DNA from: Basidioascus undulatus
Lineage: Eukaryota
Direction of reading: 5' to 3'
Length of the DNA stretch: 37,240 nucleotides
NCBI GenBank assembly: GCA_000826855.1
Contig: JTLS01000052.1
Location: forward strand, 1 to 37,240
Shown: piece by piece, positions 34,719-37,240 of the stretch
Layout of the letters: each line of letters opens with the position of its first letter
Numbering within the stretch: the first letter of the stretch is position 1
Translations under genes and position numbers: made by a program
Notes under the pieces: generated by a model
The model's database searches: none
Seen by the model: only the letters and a program-made list of their open reading frames with translations
Told to the model about the DNA's origin: nothing

Positions 34719-35207
34719 TCAGGAACTCTCAATAGCATAGCACTCTGAAGTCTCCAAGACTAAGGGAGTAGTCAATGTCAAGTCGCGGAGCGGTGCAGGA
34801 TGCGGAAGCTGGCTGAGCATTCGAAGAATGATCGAGATACGGTCGCGCTCGTAGTAGGATAAAACCTCTGGGGTGGGTGCAAATCGGCAGACGCTCTCAT
34901 ACTGAACAGCTCGCGTAAATGTGGGAAGGAGTGTCGATGGAGTCGATCGATTCCTGCGAACATCCTTGGCGAACGCCTTCATCGCGGCAGGCTGTACCCG
35001 CGCTCCATGCTGGAAGACGACAGGCAGCAGGGTGCCCCGAACACACGAGCTCGTAGCAGAGAAGCTCTTCGGGGACTCTGGAGAGCAGAATGCTCCGATC
35101 TCGAGGATGAGGTCGCCCGGGAGGCGTTCGAGAACGGACGAAGGCGAGCTCTGGGTCGAATGCGTGAAGATAGCGCTGGTCGCATCGGTTGACAAGGACG
35201 AGCCCAT
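34719..35207 (-). pseudogene. F-box-like protein, probably decayed (remnants may continue toward about 33200)
   Basis: LERLPGDLILEIGAFC...SFSATSSCVRGTLLPVVF fits an N-terminal F-box pattern. The frame stops after about 160 codons, with fragmentary coding-like sequence downstream. Confidence 0.5.
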
Positions 35208-36292
35208 TTCAAAAAACTGGGGCTTGGTTGATGCTGATGGAAGTTTGGGGATGATGGGTGACTCGAGATGGGTAAAGGAAAGCGACCAGCGCGAGTGATT
35301 CCCGGCGAGTCTCGGATGCGAACAGCGCGGCGGGAGACACGGCGGCATATGCAGCTCTGCCAGGTCCCTACGGAAGTTTCTGCTGCCAAACTCTTTCGAG
35401 GTGGAAATTGGGCCTGCCTTACACAGACGATTCGTATACGGCCAGCGTACGCAGCAGGACTACGACGGGTAGGCCGACTTACCGGCGCATTCCCGCGTTT
35501 CTAACGTTTGGGATGACCTCGAAAAGGGCTCAAAGACTGTTATTACTAATGCTCCTTCTGAGCAATTTTAGGTAAGCAACAAGGAAATGACATGCACTCC
35601 ATGTCGATTACGACGAACTGCCTCTGTTCTAGCTCGCGTTGTGGAAACCACTCCAGCTTCCGAAGTGACTGTCACACATGTTGGATCGTGACTGAGACTT
35701 GACTCTTTACACCAAGCCTCGGACAATTAGCGAGACAAAATGGTATACGCAACCAAGAAAAATCATGTATAACCACGGGTTTGGACGCTCGCTTGCGGTC
35801 AAGGGCAGTCTTGCAGAGCGTCTCTAGTCTTACCTTCTGCTGCGAATGCCCAACTTCCTTTTCCTAGAGTGGCGATCACCTTTGGCAAAAGTCGCGCGTG
35901 GTTGAACAAGCGTGCTTGAGGTGCAGGACGTTGGTGCCTGTACAGAGACAGCCACTTGCAATGTCGCGTCTGAGGCGCCACGCTCACTTCGGACTCCATC
36001 ACTTGGTTCGTTTCACACTTCCCAGTGACGACTTTGGACCGGTTGACTTCTCTTTGATACATTCTTACCCTACCTCAGTTGAAAACATCGAGGCAGTCCA
36101 GGTTTGCAGCTTGCTTTGACGGACGCTGCGGTCGCGCGTGACGTTTTTCTTTACGGTCGCACGTGACCGTGAGCCGGCCGGGGTGGTTCAGTCGAACAAC
36201 ATAGCGCGTCGCGCTTTTCCTCTTCTCATTTCCCCCTCCTCCTCCTTCCCGCCTCGCGTCCGGTTCGTTCCTCAAGTCCTCAAGCAGCGACG

Positions 36293-37209
36293 ATGAACCG
36301 GTCGCACACACCGATCGCGTTCTCCCCGGCGTCCCCATCGCCCACGCCGCGCTCGCAGCGCTTCCACCTGGGCCCCTTCGTCCCCTCCTCCGCGTCCTCC
36401 TCCCGCTCTACGACCCCCACCTCGGACCTTTACCACATCAACGACCAGAGCCAGCTGCACCCAAACACGATCGAGACCGACTCAGAGGAGCGCCGGCGGA
36501 TCGCGCTCGAGCACGACCTCCGCCAGCGGATTGACAGCTTCTCGCTCGACCCGTCTTCGGGCGTGGGCGAGTGGAGCGTCGAGTATGGGCGTGGGCAGGA
36601 GGGGGAGGAGAGCTTGCGGTTTGGGGACGGCGTGAGCGGGGAGGAGGAGGGGGAGGGGGTCAGCCCGACGAGGAGCGGGTTGCATCCGACGGGGAGGACG
36701 CCGCTGAGGGTACATCCGTACGACGATGAGACGAGGGAGATGAACAGCTCTGCGTGGAGGGGCGCGAGGGACGGCGAATCTACATACAGGGACGAGGTGC
36801 GCTGTCTTCCGCTCCTCCAGCCTCACACACCGCACTAACACCCGTCCCCCCTCCCAGCGCTCCACCGCCCCCGGCAACCTGACCTCCGAACTCGCGAACC
36901 TCCTCCGGCCCTCCCAACGTCCACTCCCTCAACAATCCCGGAAGCCTTCCACGACCTCCCCGCGCGCGCACCACGCAGCGCCCTCCCCCTTCGCCGCGCC
37001 CCCGCCGCGCCCGTCCGCACCGACTCCCTCGCGCCCCTCACCGGCACCGGCGGAGCACGAGCCCGCCGGCGGGCGGACGGTCGACGGTGCGCGCTTGCCG
37101 GACATCACGGGCGCGACGGAGGCGTTCGAGTCGCCTGCGAAAGGCGGGGCGGGGCATGCGGGGCTCATGGGAGGGCGGAAGACCCGCTTGGGAAGGGAGG
37201 ACGAGACAG
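36293..37209 (+). CDS. 5' part of a probable Cep57/Ppc89-like spindle-pole-body protein (exons 36293-36796 and 36858-37209; continues beyond the window)
   Basis: Clean GT-AG phase-0 intron. Motifs RRIALEHDL, SVEYGR and LPDITGATEAFESPAK resemble those I recall upstream of the Cep57-type domain in basidiomycete proteins. Confidence 0.55.
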
Positions 37210-37240
37210 GTGCGTTCTTCGTTTCTTCCTTTTTCTTTCT

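Overview
Intron-rich, GC-rich eukaryotic DNA with short GT(GC)-AG introns, GTGCGT/GTACGT/GTAAGT donors and CTRAC-type branch sites. It is most consistent with a basidiomycete fungus, possibly a Sporidiobolales-like yeast (inference from intron style only). The unspliced ORF track is mostly misleading, so genes were rebuilt by hand. Apparently intact genes: a methyltransferase-like ORF, a metallothionein-like Cys-rich peptide, a 4-exon small secreted Cys-rich protein, a 10-exon VDAC/porin, an MFS sugar porter, an RRM/coiled-coil protein, and the 5' part of a probable Cep57/Ppc89-like gene. Between them lie many decayed accessory genes: an Argonaute lacking L1-PAZ-L2-MID with stops and frameshifts, a kinase-like pseudogene, an APH-type phosphotransferase with its N-lobe inverted in place, two inverted secreted-protein paralogues sharing one in-frame TGA, a membrane-protein relic, a GH16 glucanase with a broken catalytic motif, and an F-box relic. 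Two housekeeping genes (mitochondrial S5 and glutamyl-tRNA synthetase) are abruptly joined to pieces of unrelated genes inside C-rich tracts, most simply explained as assembly chimeras. I found no RNA genes, CRISPR arrays or autonomous transposons, and I cannot support a claim of a new functional system. The best leads are ranked by score in the findings. All family assignments are from motif recognition, not database searches.
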